Shown here: positions 28,705 to 39,500 of the stretch, in pieces
Layout: each line of letters starts with the position of its first letter
How positions within the stretch are numbered: the stretch's first letter is position 1
IMG/VR virus record: IMGVR_UViG_3300042519_001698
Direction: 5' to 3' (one strand)
Source: a virus
DNA: 64,000 nucleotides
Notes under the pieces: generated by a model
Database searches by the model: none
What the model was told of the DNA's origin: nothing
What the model saw: only the letters and a program-made list of their open reading frames with translations
Made by a program: the position numbers and the translations under genes

Positions 28705-30143
28705 ATTCCTATATTAATGTGTGTGAAGTTTTCGTTAATAACATTTACTCCATGTTCAACAAATTCCAATGTTGACAGTCCGTCGTTTTTTATTAATTCA
28801 TCATTATTTATTACTTCATTGTAAAACCTAAGTTGGTTCCATCTGGTGGCGATTGATTTCCATCTATTTTTATAAAATCCATTTTCTAAATGTGGCATCA
28901 ATCTAAATTGTGATTGTCTTCTAAATGGTATTTTTACATCAGTAAATTCATCTTCATTAGTTTGAATTATTTCACAATTAACAATCTCCCCATGATTATT
29001 ATTACCACTTAAATCAAATAATTGATAGTATTCTATATGTGAAGCATCGTAATATAATTTTAATAAATGTGACGATACATAATCACCATTATTTTCAGTT
29101 AATTTTTTATCAAAATTGTTTGATATTTGGGATATTTCATTTTCATTTAATACTCCATCCCATATCACAAAAGAATCGATGGTACCCTTAAAAAATTTCT
29201 CTCCTGTTATACCTTTAATGGTTTCTCTTTCTGGTAGACCAACCCCTAAATAAAAATATTCTTCTTTAGAATAATCATATATTCTATTTTCAAATTGTGT
29301 CTCACCAATTTTTATCCCGTCTTGATAAACAATAATTGTTTTTTCGGTATTGTTTACCACAATACACATATTTGTTTTATAGTTTGGTTTAATTTTTGAA
29401 TTAACATATAATGCGTTTAAATCATCATCAAACGTACAAAAATTATATCTTGAAAATGAATTATATGATATTGAGAAGTCATATCCAGGTATTGTAAAAA
29501 CATTAAAATCGTCAACCACATCCATGTGATTACAAATAAATTTTTCAGGTTTAAATGAAACAAAAAATGTTAGATTATTATTTAAACTAAAAGTTTTTTT
29601 AGATTTAACATATGCATTTACTCCGTTGAATTTTAATGAGTCACATTTAGGTCTTAAATTTTTTAATTTTAAAGTGTCTAATTTCAAATCATGTTTTTTA
29701 CATCTATACAATAAATCGTCATCCTCATATCCCCATCCCCAATATTTGTTTGAATACCCATCAATTTTTTTAAAATCTTCAGTCGTAAACATTGTTACCC
29801 CACCAAAATACTCTTCAAAAGTTTCTTTAGGTTTTTCATCTTCATTGAAATATAAGAAATTAGTTGCCATGTGTAATGGTACATCTGAGTAACTATAATC
29901 TACATTCGCAGGAATCATATCTACATCGTGAAATACAACATAATCACATAATTCTTTTTCAGCGTATTTAAAACCAATGTTTAAAAGTGCTCCTCTGTTG
30001 AATTGTTTTGCATTGTCTTGACTTATAACAAAAACATGATAGGGAATCCCCAAACCATCTAAATAAAATTTGATGTTTCTAGAGAACTCCCTAAGTTGTG
30101 CTTTACGATTCCTATAAGGTACAATAATACCTAACTTTTTCAT
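28701..30143 (-). CDS. GT7 (beta-1,4-galactosyltransferase-like) glycosyltransferase with inserted LamG domain
   Basis: VPYRNR, FNRGALLN, FHDVD, YFGGV, DGYSNKYWGWGYEDDDL; LamG-like segment at about 28970-29640; C-terminal DGLSTLEF. Confidence 0.85.
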   Translation of the reverse strand: MKKLGIIVPYRNRKAQLREFSRNIKFYLDGLGIPYHVFVISQDNAKQFNRGALLNIGFKYAEKELCDYVVFHDVDMIPANVDYSYSDVPLHMATNFLYFNEDEKPKETFEEYFGGVTMFTTEDFKKIDGYSNKYWGWGYEDDDLLYRCKKHDLKLDTLKLKNLRPKCDSLKFNGVNAYVKSKKTFSLNNNLTFFVSFKPEKFICNHMDVVDDFNVFTIPGYDFSISYNSFSRYNFCTFDDDLNALYVNSKIKPNYKTNMCIVVNNTEKTIIVYQDGIKIGETQFENRIYDYSKEEYFYLGVGLPERETIKGITGEKFFKGTIDSFVIWDGVLNENEISQISNNFDKKLTENNGDYVSSHLLKLYYDASHIEYYQLFDLSGNNNHGEIVNCEIIQTNEDEFTDVKIPFRRQSQFRLMPHLENGFYKNRWKSIATRWNQLRFYNEVINNDELIKNDGLSTLEFVEHGVNVINENFTHINIGI

Positions 30144-30155
30144 CTATTTGTTAAT

Positions 30156-30371
30156 TTATTCTACGTCATCACCTTTTTTATAAACCTCATCTACTAAATA
30201 TTTTTTATAATATTCATATAGATAATGTTGAATTCTTTCACTCCATTCATCCTTATCGATTCCTTCGAACCAAATTGTTAATGAATCTAATGAATTACCG
30301 ATTTTTTCAAGCGCCTTAACTTTTCTTAATTCAAGGTCGAGTAATTGTTTTTCTTTTTCTTCCTTTGTCAT
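30156..30371 (-). CDS. Hypothetical protein
   Basis: 71-aa ORF overlapping the upstream stop by 4 nt. Confidence 0.65.
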   Translation of the reverse strand: MTKEEKEKQLLDLELRKVKALEKIGNSLDSLTIWFEGIDKDEWSERIQHYLYEYYKKYLVDEVYKKGDDVE

Positions 30372-31225
30372 ATTGATTTTATTTTATTTATTAATAGTTT
30401 CCAACCTCTATACCTTTGATATTCGGGGTATTTTAAACCTAATTCGAACATAAAGTCAGGGTTTTCTAAATTTATTTTAAATTTTGTTTTTATTAACGAT
30501 TTAAACATTAATGCATACTCGTCTGAATATGAATAATCTTTTTTTACATTTATAACTTCTTTAATTCTGTCAATTACCGTTTTATCCCATTTAAAATGGT
30601 GTACTTGAACGGTACTATTGGGGTTAATTAATGGGTGGTTCCATCCTTGCCATCTCCAAGTTGTTTGTTCATTTATTTTAGCATAATGTTGTCCATTTGT
30701 AATTTCAATATATCCCTTCATTACACAAATTTTATTTGGACATGCTTGACTCATTGGGTATCTAAAAAACCCTGCATTTGGAAATTGTTCCCATATGGAA
30801 ACGTCGTCAACCAATTCAGAAAATTCACCCCCTCTTCCTACTCTATCAATAAAACCACCTCTAACTAAATCCCAACCGTTGTCGTCACATTCGTTTATCA
30901 AATCATTTAAACTGTCATTTGGATATAAATGAAATTCATCAATATCTGCAATTACCCACCAATCATTTAAATGTTTTGATTTATTGAAATTATACAACAT
31001 GGTTACCTTCTCAAAATCATACACCCTGTCTTTAATTGTATGTGTGATTTTAACATTATCAAAATCTTTGATGATATCTTTTACTTTATGTAAAATCATC
31101 GGTTCAATATCCGATTCGTATACAACTATGTTTATTTCATCAACATATTTTTCATAATGATTGATGAAATGTGGTAACATATTTGTTCCGTGACCAATAA
31201 CTGTTAATAATCTAATCATGAACAA
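30368..31225 (-). CDS. GT-A fold glycosyltransferase (GT2/GT92-like)
   Basis: MLPHFINHY, WWVIADIDEFH (DxD-EF), HHFKW. Probable start is the ATG at 31219. Confidence 0.7.
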   Translation of the reverse strand: MFMIRLLTVIGHGTNMLPHFINHYEKYVDEINIVVYESDIEPMILHKVKDIIKDFDNVKITHTIKDRVYDFEKVTMLYNFNKSKHLNDWWVIADIDEFHLYPNDSLNDLINECDDNGWDLVRGGFIDRVGRGGEFSELVDDVSIWEQFPNAGFFRYPMSQACPNKICVMKGYIEITNGQHYAKINEQTTWRWQGWNHPLINPNSTVQVHHFKWDKTVIDRIKEVINVKKDYSYSDEYALMFKSLIKTKFKINLENPDFMFELGLKYPEYQRYRGWKLLINKIKSI

Positions 31226-31264
31226 AATATATACTAATTTTATTCAAAAATCAAATTATCTATA

Positions 31265-32020
31265 TTATTTTTTTCTAATAATTGTAATCCCTGTGGAAGA
31301 TGGTTTGTTTTTAACGATTCCGTGATTGAATAGATTTATTTTCTCCCAAACATTGGTGTCAATTTCTTGTGAAAATTTAATAGGTCCTGTCCAATCGTCG
31401 TGATCACCCCTATCCTTAACTTCTTGAGTTACAATGAATTTGTCAGCGTAATTGGGGTCAGTATCGTGTATAGATACGATACCATTTGGTGATAGTAATT
31501 GTGTGTATAATTCAAAATCTTCTTTAACATTTTCATAACTATGTCCCGCGTCAATATGGAGATAATCTATTTTAATTTCTTGTTTAACAAAGAAATTATA
31601 AAAAGCATCTTCAGTTGTGGTGTTCAATATTCTTGGACTATAGACTCTTCTAAAAAATGATTCTTCATTCATCCAATTAACATTCCCACCAACACCATTT
31701 GTTGCATCAACCACAAATGTTGTTCCTATATCACCCCAATTTATATCACGGGTACCATCAAATATTTTTTGTGAATGTAAATCTAATCTAGCCTGTGTCA
31801 TAATTCGTGGGATAAATCCACCACCACTACCTAAACACACACAAATTTTGGCCCTCATAAATTGAATTAATGAGTATATGATTAAACCATCACCTAAATG
31901 CTCATCCGTTGCACCGTGAGACCATCTATATGGTACATTAACTAATTTTTCATCACCAACCTCATCAAATTCAACGTTGTTGGTAATTTCACATCTTATA
32001 AATTCTTGATTAATTATCAT
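31265..32020 (-). CDS. Class I SAM-dependent methyltransferase (Methyltransf_24-like)
   Basis: CLGSGGG, IDYLHIDAGHSYE, GIVSIHDT. Confidence 0.85.
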   Translation of the reverse strand: MIINQEFIRCEITNNVEFDEVGDEKLVNVPYRWSHGATDEHLGDGLIIYSLIQFMRAKICVCLGSGGGFIPRIMTQARLDLHSQKIFDGTRDINWGDIGTTFVVDATNGVGGNVNWMNEESFFRRVYSPRILNTTTEDAFYNFFVKQEIKIDYLHIDAGHSYENVKEDFELYTQLLSPNGIVSIHDTDPNYADKFIVTQEVKDRGDHDDWTGPIKFSQEIDTNVWEKINLFNHGIVKNKPSSTGITIIRKK

Positions 32021-32729
32021 TTTTAATTTTGTCTTTAATTAATTCAAATAATACCACATCTTTTTGTATTTGGGTATCCGTAATTTTTGCGGCAACTTGT
32101 ATTGACACACCTTCAGCTGACCCTACCACAATTTTCTTTCCACTCATTACATCACACGACTCTTTAATTGATTGTAACTTCTCATATAAGAGAAAGAAAT
32201 TATCTTTTAATCCTTCTTTATTGAAAACCAAGAAGTACTCGTAAATCGTCTCTAAATCACCATATTGTGGGTATATTTTTTGAAGATATGTTTTATAATT
32301 CAACCAATCAATATCCCCAATATTCATTTGGATATCTCTTATAAATTCTTTTTTTATTTTATGACTTAATAGAGTTTCAACATATGTAATTCCATTTTGA
32401 TATGGATAGTTAACTAATTGTTCAATAAAAAAATAATTGGAAATGAAGGTATCTGCATCTATTAAAATTGAGATGTTATGATATTTTAATATTTCTTTAA
32501 CTAATATTATTTTATCATGATATGACTTTAGGTGTCTATTGTATTTTATGATTTTTATACAAGAATATTCTGAATTATCCCAATCTGAACTTGATGTAAA
32601 TTGTTCTGGTTCATCGGTTAAGATATAACAATCAATTCCAATATCTTTTAAATTGGTAACTTTTTCTTTTGTACTGTTAAAATAGGAAATATCACCGAAA
32701 CACATTATTCCTATACCGATATTATTCAT
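32010..32729 (-). CDS. Putative GT-A glycosyltransferase-like protein
   Basis: YILTD, YHDK, ILIDADT (DxD), EGVSI. Confidence 0.45.
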   Translation of the reverse strand: MNNIGIGIMCFGDISYFNSTKEKVTNLKDIGIDCYILTDEPEQFTSSSDWDNSEYSCIKIIKYNRHLKSYHDKIILVKEILKYHNISILIDADTFISNYFFIEQLVNYPYQNGITYVETLLSHKIKKEFIRDIQMNIGDIDWLNYKTYLQKIYPQYGDLETIYEYFLVFNKEGLKDNFFLLYEKLQSIKESCDVMSGKKIVVGSAEGVSIQVAAKITDTQIQKDVVLFELIKDKIKNDN

Positions 32730-32753
32730 ACCTATAATATAAGAAAAATATTT

Positions 32754-33482
32754 CTATAAACCAAACCTTGATTTTTGTATATTGTAGTTTTGTGTAACCA
32801 TTGTACTTGTAAACCCAACTCCTTTGTATATTTTAACAGATGCAACTCGTATTTTAGAATGATCTCCACTACCTGCCCCTATTAAAAGAGGGTTTCCCGT
32901 ATTATTAAACGCGGCATTAGTCCAACTTTGAGTACCAACAGATGAATTATTTATATACATATATCCAGTATTACCAACTCTAGTTAATACAACGTGTTTC
33001 CATTGATTTAAGTCAGTATTAGTTGATATAGTTGTTTCGTAAGTTCCATCATTTGAATAATTTCTCATAGTAGTACCGGGTGAATTCATAATAACCCATC
33101 CTGATGCTGGCCATTTTGATTGAAAAGTACCTATATATCCTGAATAATTTTGTGGTTGAGCTCCATCTAAATAAATCCATAAATCAATAGTAAATTCACC
33201 GGTACCAAAATCCCAATTTGAAGAATCTGGAATAGTTACATAATCATTAGTTCCATCAAAATTAATATACCCTTGATTACCACTACTAAATGTTGGTCCA
33301 TTTGTTAAAGTACCATTATTATTATTTCCTGATAAATCACTCCAACTTGTTCCTGAACCTGGATAAGATTCTAGTGCTGATGCATCTAAATGTAACACCA
33401 ATCCTCTTGTAATTACATTTTTATAATCTTCCACATCAGCATGTGTTCCGTTATATATGTGTCCTCCTATATTAAATGGCAT
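32754..33482 (-). CDS. LamG-like lectin/fibre-tip protein
   Basis: GLVLHLDAS..SYPGSGTSWSDLSGNNNNGTLTNGPTF, FDGTNDY, WKHVVLT, QNYN..KSRFGL. Confidence 0.85.
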   Translation of the reverse strand: MPFNIGGHIYNGTHADVEDYKNVITRGLVLHLDASALESYPGSGTSWSDLSGNNNNGTLTNGPTFSSGNQGYINFDGTNDYVTIPDSSNWDFGTGEFTIDLWIYLDGAQPQNYSGYIGTFQSKWPASGWVIMNSPGTTMRNYSNDGTYETTISTNTDLNQWKHVVLTRVGNTGYMYINNSSVGTQSWTNAAFNNTGNPLLIGAGSGDHSKIRVASVKIYKGVGFTSTMVTQNYNIQKSRFGL

Positions 33483-33492
33483 AATTTATATT

Positions 33493-34200
33493 TTATAATC
33501 CAAATCTATTTTTTTGTGCATTATAGTTTTGTAAAACTTCAGCCGCGGTTAGTGGTCTATTATAAAATCTTGCTACCGATATTTTGGCATTTCCATATCC
33601 AGCATAACTAGCAATAGTAAAAGATACGTTCATATCTGTGGGTACATTAGTCAATGCTCCTGTTGATTGTTGTGAACCATTTAAATATAGATACATATTA
33701 GCACCATTAAAAGTTCCAACTACGTGATACCAAACACCGGTCACAAAAGCGGTAGTTGTACTAATTGTGTCATATGGATTTGCGGTTGTTCCAATAACCT
33801 CCCATCTCATGTAATTAGAAGATGGCATGTAAAAGTTTATATACTTTCCACCACCTCCATAGTCTATAAATCCTTGATTTCTATCTTTACTTATTAAATT
33901 TACCCACATTTCTAATGTTGCACCGCCAGCAAAAGACGTTGAAATATTTGAAGTAGTTATATGATCGTTTGTTCCATCAAATGAAATACTCCCATTACCA
34001 TCACTTGAATAAGTTGGTCCGTTTTGTAAAGTACCGGTTGTAGATGTAACTAAATCATACCAACTAGTTCCCGTTTCGGGATATGAATCTTTTGCAGATG
34101 CATCAAAATGAATACTCAATCCTCTAGTAACAATACTTTTGTAATTTAAAGTACTAGCAATTTGACTATTAACAATATTTCCATTTATATTTAAAGGCAT
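33493..34200 (-). CDS. LamG-like lectin/fibre-tip protein
   Basis: GLSIHFDAS, FDGTNDH, WYHVVGTF, LYLNG, YNRPLTAAEVLQNYN..RFGL. Confidence 0.85.
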   Translation of the reverse strand: MPLNINGNIVNSQIASTLNYKSIVTRGLSIHFDASAKDSYPETGTSWYDLVTSTTGTLQNGPTYSSDGNGSISFDGTNDHITTSNISTSFAGGATLEMWVNLISKDRNQGFIDYGGGGKYINFYMPSSNYMRWEVIGTTANPYDTISTTTAFVTGVWYHVVGTFNGANMYLYLNGSQQSTGALTNVPTDMNVSFTIASYAGYGNAKISVARFYNRPLTAAEVLQNYNAQKNRFGL

Positions 34201-34203
34201 CTA

Positions 34204-34452
34204 TTAAGGTGTTGTTTCTATTGCCCATTCAGGTGTGTTTATTATTTCAAGTATTTCCGTTTGTGTGTATGGTCCTTGTTTTGTTGTTAAAGATGATACA
34301 CTTGGTGGCATTTCATCTCCATCATATTTCACAAACGTTAATGTTTCATCAACAGATTTTCTAATTGTATCAACTGATGTTTCTTGAACTTCGTAAAAAT
34401 TAATTTTATCTAATTCACTGACATTAAAAATTATATATTTTCTATTTTCCAT
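34204..34452 (-). CDS. Hypothetical protein, probable fibre-associated
   Basis: 82-aa ORF within the lectin cassette, preceded by the TATTTAT motif. Confidence 0.7.
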   Translation of the reverse strand: MENRKYIIFNVSELDKINFYEVQETSVDTIRKSVDETLTFVKYDGDEMPPSVSSLTTKQGPYTQTEILEIINTPEWAIETTP

Positions 34453-34456
34453 ATTG

Positions 34457-34463
34457 ATAAATA
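34457..34463 (-). promoter_or_regulatory. TATTTAT motif, putative late promoter
   Basis: 5 nt upstream of the start at 34452. Confidence 0.4.
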
Positions 34464-34471
34464 TTATCGTC

Positions 34472-35164
34472 TTATCCTTTTAAGTTTGTTGACACTAAGT
34501 AATAATTTCCAGATTCTACAGCGGCACCAACAGGATAATCATTAAATCCAACATCGGCTAAAACATATGGTTCCGGAAAACTATATGTCCAAGCGTTAAT
34601 CCATAAAAATGAATTTGGGGTATAGTCACCATTTGGTTCACTAAATACCGTATCCCTTAACCACCATCTTCCACCATCGGGAACGGTCCAAGCGGATGTG
34701 CCGGATTCATAAAAATTTGGATTTCTAAATATTTGTGCGGTATAATCTCCGGCTGTTGTTGATGATATTGCATACGCAGTTTTAAAATATCTTTGGTAAT
34801 TACTACCAGTTTGTCCTAATACACCTCCAACAAAATTACTCATTGCTCTCCAATGAAATTTTGAACGAGGATATACTAAATCTAATCCTAACGGGGTTCC
34901 TCCGTGTGTTGAACCCGGATATTGTATGGTTGGTCCTGTAGTTATTGGGTAAAAATCGTATCCTCCACCTTCTTCAGTCATATCTACATACATTTGTAGA
35001 GGATTAGGCATTTTTTCAGATTGTATCCAATAATACCCACTACTTTTTGATGGAAATGTTTTAGCTAATTCCAATCCACTTCTTGCTGGTGTACTACTAG
35101 ATGTACCATCTCCTGGTACTGAATATGTTGAACTAATTATTAAACCTCCTATATTAAATGGCAT
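34472..35164 (-). CDS. Fibrinogen/COLFI-like domain protein, putative adhesin
   Basis: PARSGLEL..PSKSSGYYWIQ..MYVDM..GGGYD; one of three tandem paralogs. Confidence 0.6.
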   Translation of the reverse strand: MPFNIGGLIISSTYSVPGDGTSSSTPARSGLELAKTFPSKSSGYYWIQSEKMPNPLQMYVDMTEEGGGYDFYPITTGPTIQYPGSTHGGTPLGLDLVYPRSKFHWRAMSNFVGGVLGQTGSNYQRYFKTAYAISSTTAGDYTAQIFRNPNFYESGTSAWTVPDGGRWWLRDTVFSEPNGDYTPNSFLWINAWTYSFPEPYVLADVGFNDYPVGAAVESGNYYLVSTNLKG

Positions 35165-35167
35165 ATG

Positions 35168-35839
35168 TTATGGTTTTAAGTTTGTTGATACTAAATAATA
35201 ATTTCCTGTTGCATAGTTGGCAGATATATCGTTAAATGATATATCAGTTAACCCATAATTAACTGCCGGTTGAGAGTATCCACCAAATAAACCATATGGA
35301 CCATAATCTCCGTTTGGTTCACTAAAAGTTGTATCTCTTAACCACCATCTACCCAAATCTTTAACTTGATGTGCTGATGAACCCGTTCCATAAAAAATAT
35401 GACTTCTCATTATTACTGAAGTATAATTAGCCGCAGTTAAACTATACACCCCATATGTAGTTGTAAAATAATCAGCATAAGCTCCCGATGGTCTTTGGTC
35501 TCTAACTGCATTTGACATTGCTCTCCAATGATATTTTGAACGTGGCATTACTAAATCTAATCCTAAAGGTGTGCCACCATTTTTTACATTTACAAAATTT
35601 ACTGAAGGTCCTGCGGTTATAAAATAAAAATCATAACCACCACCCTCTTCACTCATATCCACATACATTTGTAAAGGATTGGGCATTTTTTCAGATTGTA
35701 TCCAATAAAATCCTGATGCTTTATTTGGATAGTTTCTTGCCAAGTCTGCACCAGAACGTGCAGCTCTTGCTGCTGTTGAACCATCGGGTGGTGACACTCG
35801 TGTGTTATTTATAATAAGTCCACCTATATCTAATGCCAT
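35168..35839 (-). CDS. Fibrinogen/COLFI-like domain protein, putative adhesin
   Basis: ARSGADL..SGFYWIQ..GGGYD; GRWWLRD..FSEPNGDY; ends YLVSTNLKP. Confidence 0.6.
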   Translation of the reverse strand: MALDIGGLIINNTRVSPPDGSTAARAARSGADLARNYPNKASGFYWIQSEKMPNPLQMYVDMSEEGGGYDFYFITAGPSVNFVNVKNGGTPLGLDLVMPRSKYHWRAMSNAVRDQRPSGAYADYFTTTYGVYSLTAANYTSVIMRSHIFYGTGSSAHQVKDLGRWWLRDTTFSEPNGDYGPYGLFGGYSQPAVNYGLTDISFNDISANYATGNYYLVSTNLKP

Positions 35840-35840
35840 A

Positions 35841-36554
35841 TTATCCTTTTAAGTTTGTTGATACTAAATATTTTGTACCAGTAGAATATCCCACATATGC
35901 ATCATTAAATCCAAATGTACCCTCTGATGATAATGAATATCCAGCGGCGTGTAATCCCAATAATACATTTGGGTTATAATCCCCATTCGGTTCTCCAAAT
36001 GTAGAATCTCTTAACCACCATCTTCCCCCATCTGCAACTTTCCAATCGGGAGCTCCCGTTCCATAATATTTTGGATTTCTCATTATGTATGTAGTATAAT
36101 TACCATTCAAACTTGGTGCGGTTGGGTAAGCACCTGCGGCCACCGTTGATACTGAAGCTGATACCGCATAACAAGTTTGACAATAACCCGCTAAATCACC
36201 CAATACATTATTTGCAAACCTATATATTGCTTTCCAATGTCCTTGACTTCTAGGATAAATCAAATCCAATCCAAGTACGAGTCCACTATGTATTTCTGTG
36301 GTTGAACTTACCGCTGTTCCGGCTGTTATTGGATAAAAATCATATCCTCCTCCGTCACAATCTGAATCCAAATTTACATACATCTGTAATGGATTTGGCA
36401 TTCTATCGTTTTGTATCCAATAATACCCACTGGTTTTTGCTGGAAATAATCGTTTTATGTCCAATCCACTTTTCGCAGCTTTATCACTACTACTTCCATC
36501 AGCAATAAATAACGATGATGAATTTATTATATTATTACCTATATGAACTGGCAT
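35841..36554 (-). CDS. Fibrinogen/COLFI-like domain protein, putative adhesin
   Basis: AKSGLDI..SGYYWIQ..GGGYD; GRWWLRD..FGEPNGDY; ends YLVSTNLKG. Confidence 0.6.
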   Translation of the reverse strand: MPVHIGNNIINSSSLFIADGSSSDKAAKSGLDIKRLFPAKTSGYYWIQNDRMPNPLQMYVNLDSDCDGGGYDFYPITAGTAVSSTTEIHSGLVLGLDLIYPRSQGHWKAIYRFANNVLGDLAGYCQTCYAVSASVSTVAAGAYPTAPSLNGNYTTYIMRNPKYYGTGAPDWKVADGGRWWLRDSTFGEPNGDYNPNVLLGLHAAGYSLSSEGTFGFNDAYVGYSTGTKYLVSTNLKG

Positions 36555-36557
36555 CTC

Positions 36558-39500
36558 TTAAGATTTTTTAGGAGTTGCAATATTAGGGTCAACTTCGGTT
36601 AAAGCAAACTTATAAACTTTACCCTTCTTATTATTATATAAGAATAAATCATCTTCACCTTCCACTATTGTCCAATCACCTATTCCATTATTTAATGATA
36701 AGTCAGATGTATAAACTGTACTCCAACGAGCTGCTGCCGAACCTAAATCTCTTGTTCCATTTGCTTCAGGTAAAACGTTACCCGCTACCGTTAATGTTGA
36801 ACCATCAAATGTTAAATTCGCTTCAGCATTTAATGTAACACCACCGACACTTGTCATTACTCTATTATCAACCGCATTTGTGATTGTTGTTGTACCACTA
36901 GAACCTGAAGAACCGTTACTACCACTAGAACCTGATGTTCCTGATGAACCTGAACTTCCCGATGTTCCACTAGAACCTGAAGAACCACTTGTCCCTGAAG
37001 AACCTGATGAACCATTACTACCACTAGAACCACTTGTACCTGAACTACCTGAAGAACCATTACTACCACTAGAACCTGATGTTCCCGAAGTTCCACTAGA
37101 ACCATTGGAGCCTGAAGTACCAGATGAACCATTACTACCGCTAGAACCTGACGTTCCACTAGAACCATTGGAACCACTTGTACCAGAAGAACCTGATGTT
37201 CCACTTGTCGCCGCAGTATATGATGTTCCGTTTATTAATAACGAACCTGTTATACTTAAACTACCTGTAACTTGATGTGTGTCATCATTTGTATCTCCAA
37301 ACTTGGTTGACCCTGAAGAATACATAACAGATGATGTAACATATGTCATATAAAGTTCGTCAGCGGTAATTGCACCTTTAACTTTTAATGAGCCGGTAAT
37401 TTCAACATTTTTAGTTGCCGACCATATAGAACCAGTTTGTGCAAATATTGAATCTCCTGATGAACCGCTTGAACCATTGGAACCTGAACTTCCAGATGTT
37501 CCACTTGAGCCTGACGTACCCGCTGTTCCTGATGAACCACTTGAACCTGATGTTCCACTAGACCCCGACGTACCCGCTGTTCCTGATGAACCTGAGGAAC
37601 CATTAGAACCTGATGTTCCACTGGAACCTGAAGAACCATTACTACCACTAGAACCTGATGTTCCTGATGTCATTGCTGAGAATGAAACACCATTTACTAT
37701 TAATGTACCGTTAGTTCTAATTGAACCCGTTACCTCAATATCATTTCCAAAAACAACTTTAGTTGCTCCTGAACTTGTAATTTTATTACCGTCTTGTATT
37801 TGAACGGTACCTCTTAAATCAATTAATCCTGTTGTTGGGTCTAATAATACATTACCTCCGCCCGATGTTTTTAATTGAATATCGCCGTCATTACTTTGTA
37901 ATGTAATTGTATCAGTTCCAGCTTCTAAAATCTTAAATGATTGACCAACATCGGTTGTAATCTGTAATTCTTGACTGGTGCTACCCAAAACTTTTTGTCC
38001 ATCAATATATAATGAACCTGATGACAAATATAAGTGTCTAAATTGTTTTGATGATGAACCTAAATCATATGTGTTATTAATTGAAGGTACAATGTGTCCA
38101 ACTGCCGATGTATCGATAGCACCACTAACCATATGTCCACCAAATATTACGTTTACACTACCTGAAATTGGACTACCAAAATAAACATCAACATTGTTAG
38201 CGTCGATTGATTTTATTTGAGTTGGGATAACCACATTTTTATTACTATCCCAAACAGTTACCGATGGAAAATTAGTACCTAAATTATGTGCTACTGACCA
38301 TGTTGTTGATGATGCAAATGTTTGTGTTGTACCACCAATACCATCTCTACCACTCGTTCCTGATGAACCTGAAGTACCAGCAGTCCCTGAAGAACCACTA
38401 GAACCTGAAGACCCTGATGAACCTGAACTACCACTAGTTCCAGACGTTCCAGAAGAACCTGATGTACCACCTGTACCGCTAGAACCTGAACCACCACTAG
38501 TTCCTGATGAACCAGCACCACCTGTTGTTAAACTGGCAGTTCCTGTTAATGATGATGAGAATGTAACTGTTAAATTATTTGAATCAATAGCTTGAACATT
38601 ACTTGGTATAACTAAATAACCATTACTGTCATAAATCATGACAGATGGATATCTTTGACCTAAATTGTGAGTAATACTCCAAGTTGTACCTGTAAATCCT
38701 GAAGTAAATGAAGTACCACTTAAACCCGATGTACCCGAGCTACCCGTAGCACCAGTTGTACCTGAACTACCTGATGTACCTGAGCTACCTGTGTCACCAG
38801 TTGTACCTGAACTACCTGATGTACCAGCCGTACCACTTGAACCCGATGTTCCCGCAGTACCTGAAGAACCTGACGTTCCTGAACTACCACTCGTTCCTGA
38901 TGTTCCCGCTGTTCCTGACGAACCACTTGTTCCTGAACTTCCCGATGTACCGGCTGTTCCACTAGAACCTGACGTACCTGATGAACCACTAGTTCCTGAA
39001 GAACCTGAACTTCCACTTGTACCTGAAGTACCTGAAGATCCATCACCACCTGACGCACCATCAAGGTTAATTGTCCATGATGTAAATGTACCTGTACCAA
39101 CTGTTCTACTTGGTGAACCAAAAGTTAATGTTGTTCCAGAATAACTAATGATTTCACATTCTTGGAAATGTGTTGAATCATTAACAATTATAATAGATTG
39201 TGCGGGTGTGTATGATAAATTCGCATCTACTGTTAATGTTCCTGAAGAACCTAATGTAAATGAACTTGTTGATGTTGTTTTATACTTGTCACTTAATCCT
39301 GAACTACCTGATGTACCTGCAGTTCCAGACGAACCACTTGTACCACTAGTTCCGGCCGTTCCTGATGAACCTGACGTACCTGATGAACCACTTGTTCCAC
39401 TAGTTCCTGAGGTTCCACTAGTACCTGATGAACCACTTGTACCTGATGTACCTGAAGAACCACTACTTCCTGACGTACCACTTGTTCCACTAGAACCTGA

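Noticed and set aside
242-32244. Short opposite-strand or nested ORFs (e.g. 242, 2098, 6565, 8231, 10490, 13477, 17277, 20013, 21314, 27992, 29626)
   Set aside because: Fully nested in well-supported genes, with no motifs.
34472-36554. Paralogous lectin-like genes as diversity-generating retroelement VR/TR
   Set aside because: Differences are spread throughout and are not adenine-specific; no reverse transcriptase or non-coding template repeat in the window.
36558-36900. Peptidase S74 auto-cleaving chaperone at the fibre 1 C-terminus
   Set aside because: The SD.RLK.NI signature is absent; it is a different fibre C-terminal domain.
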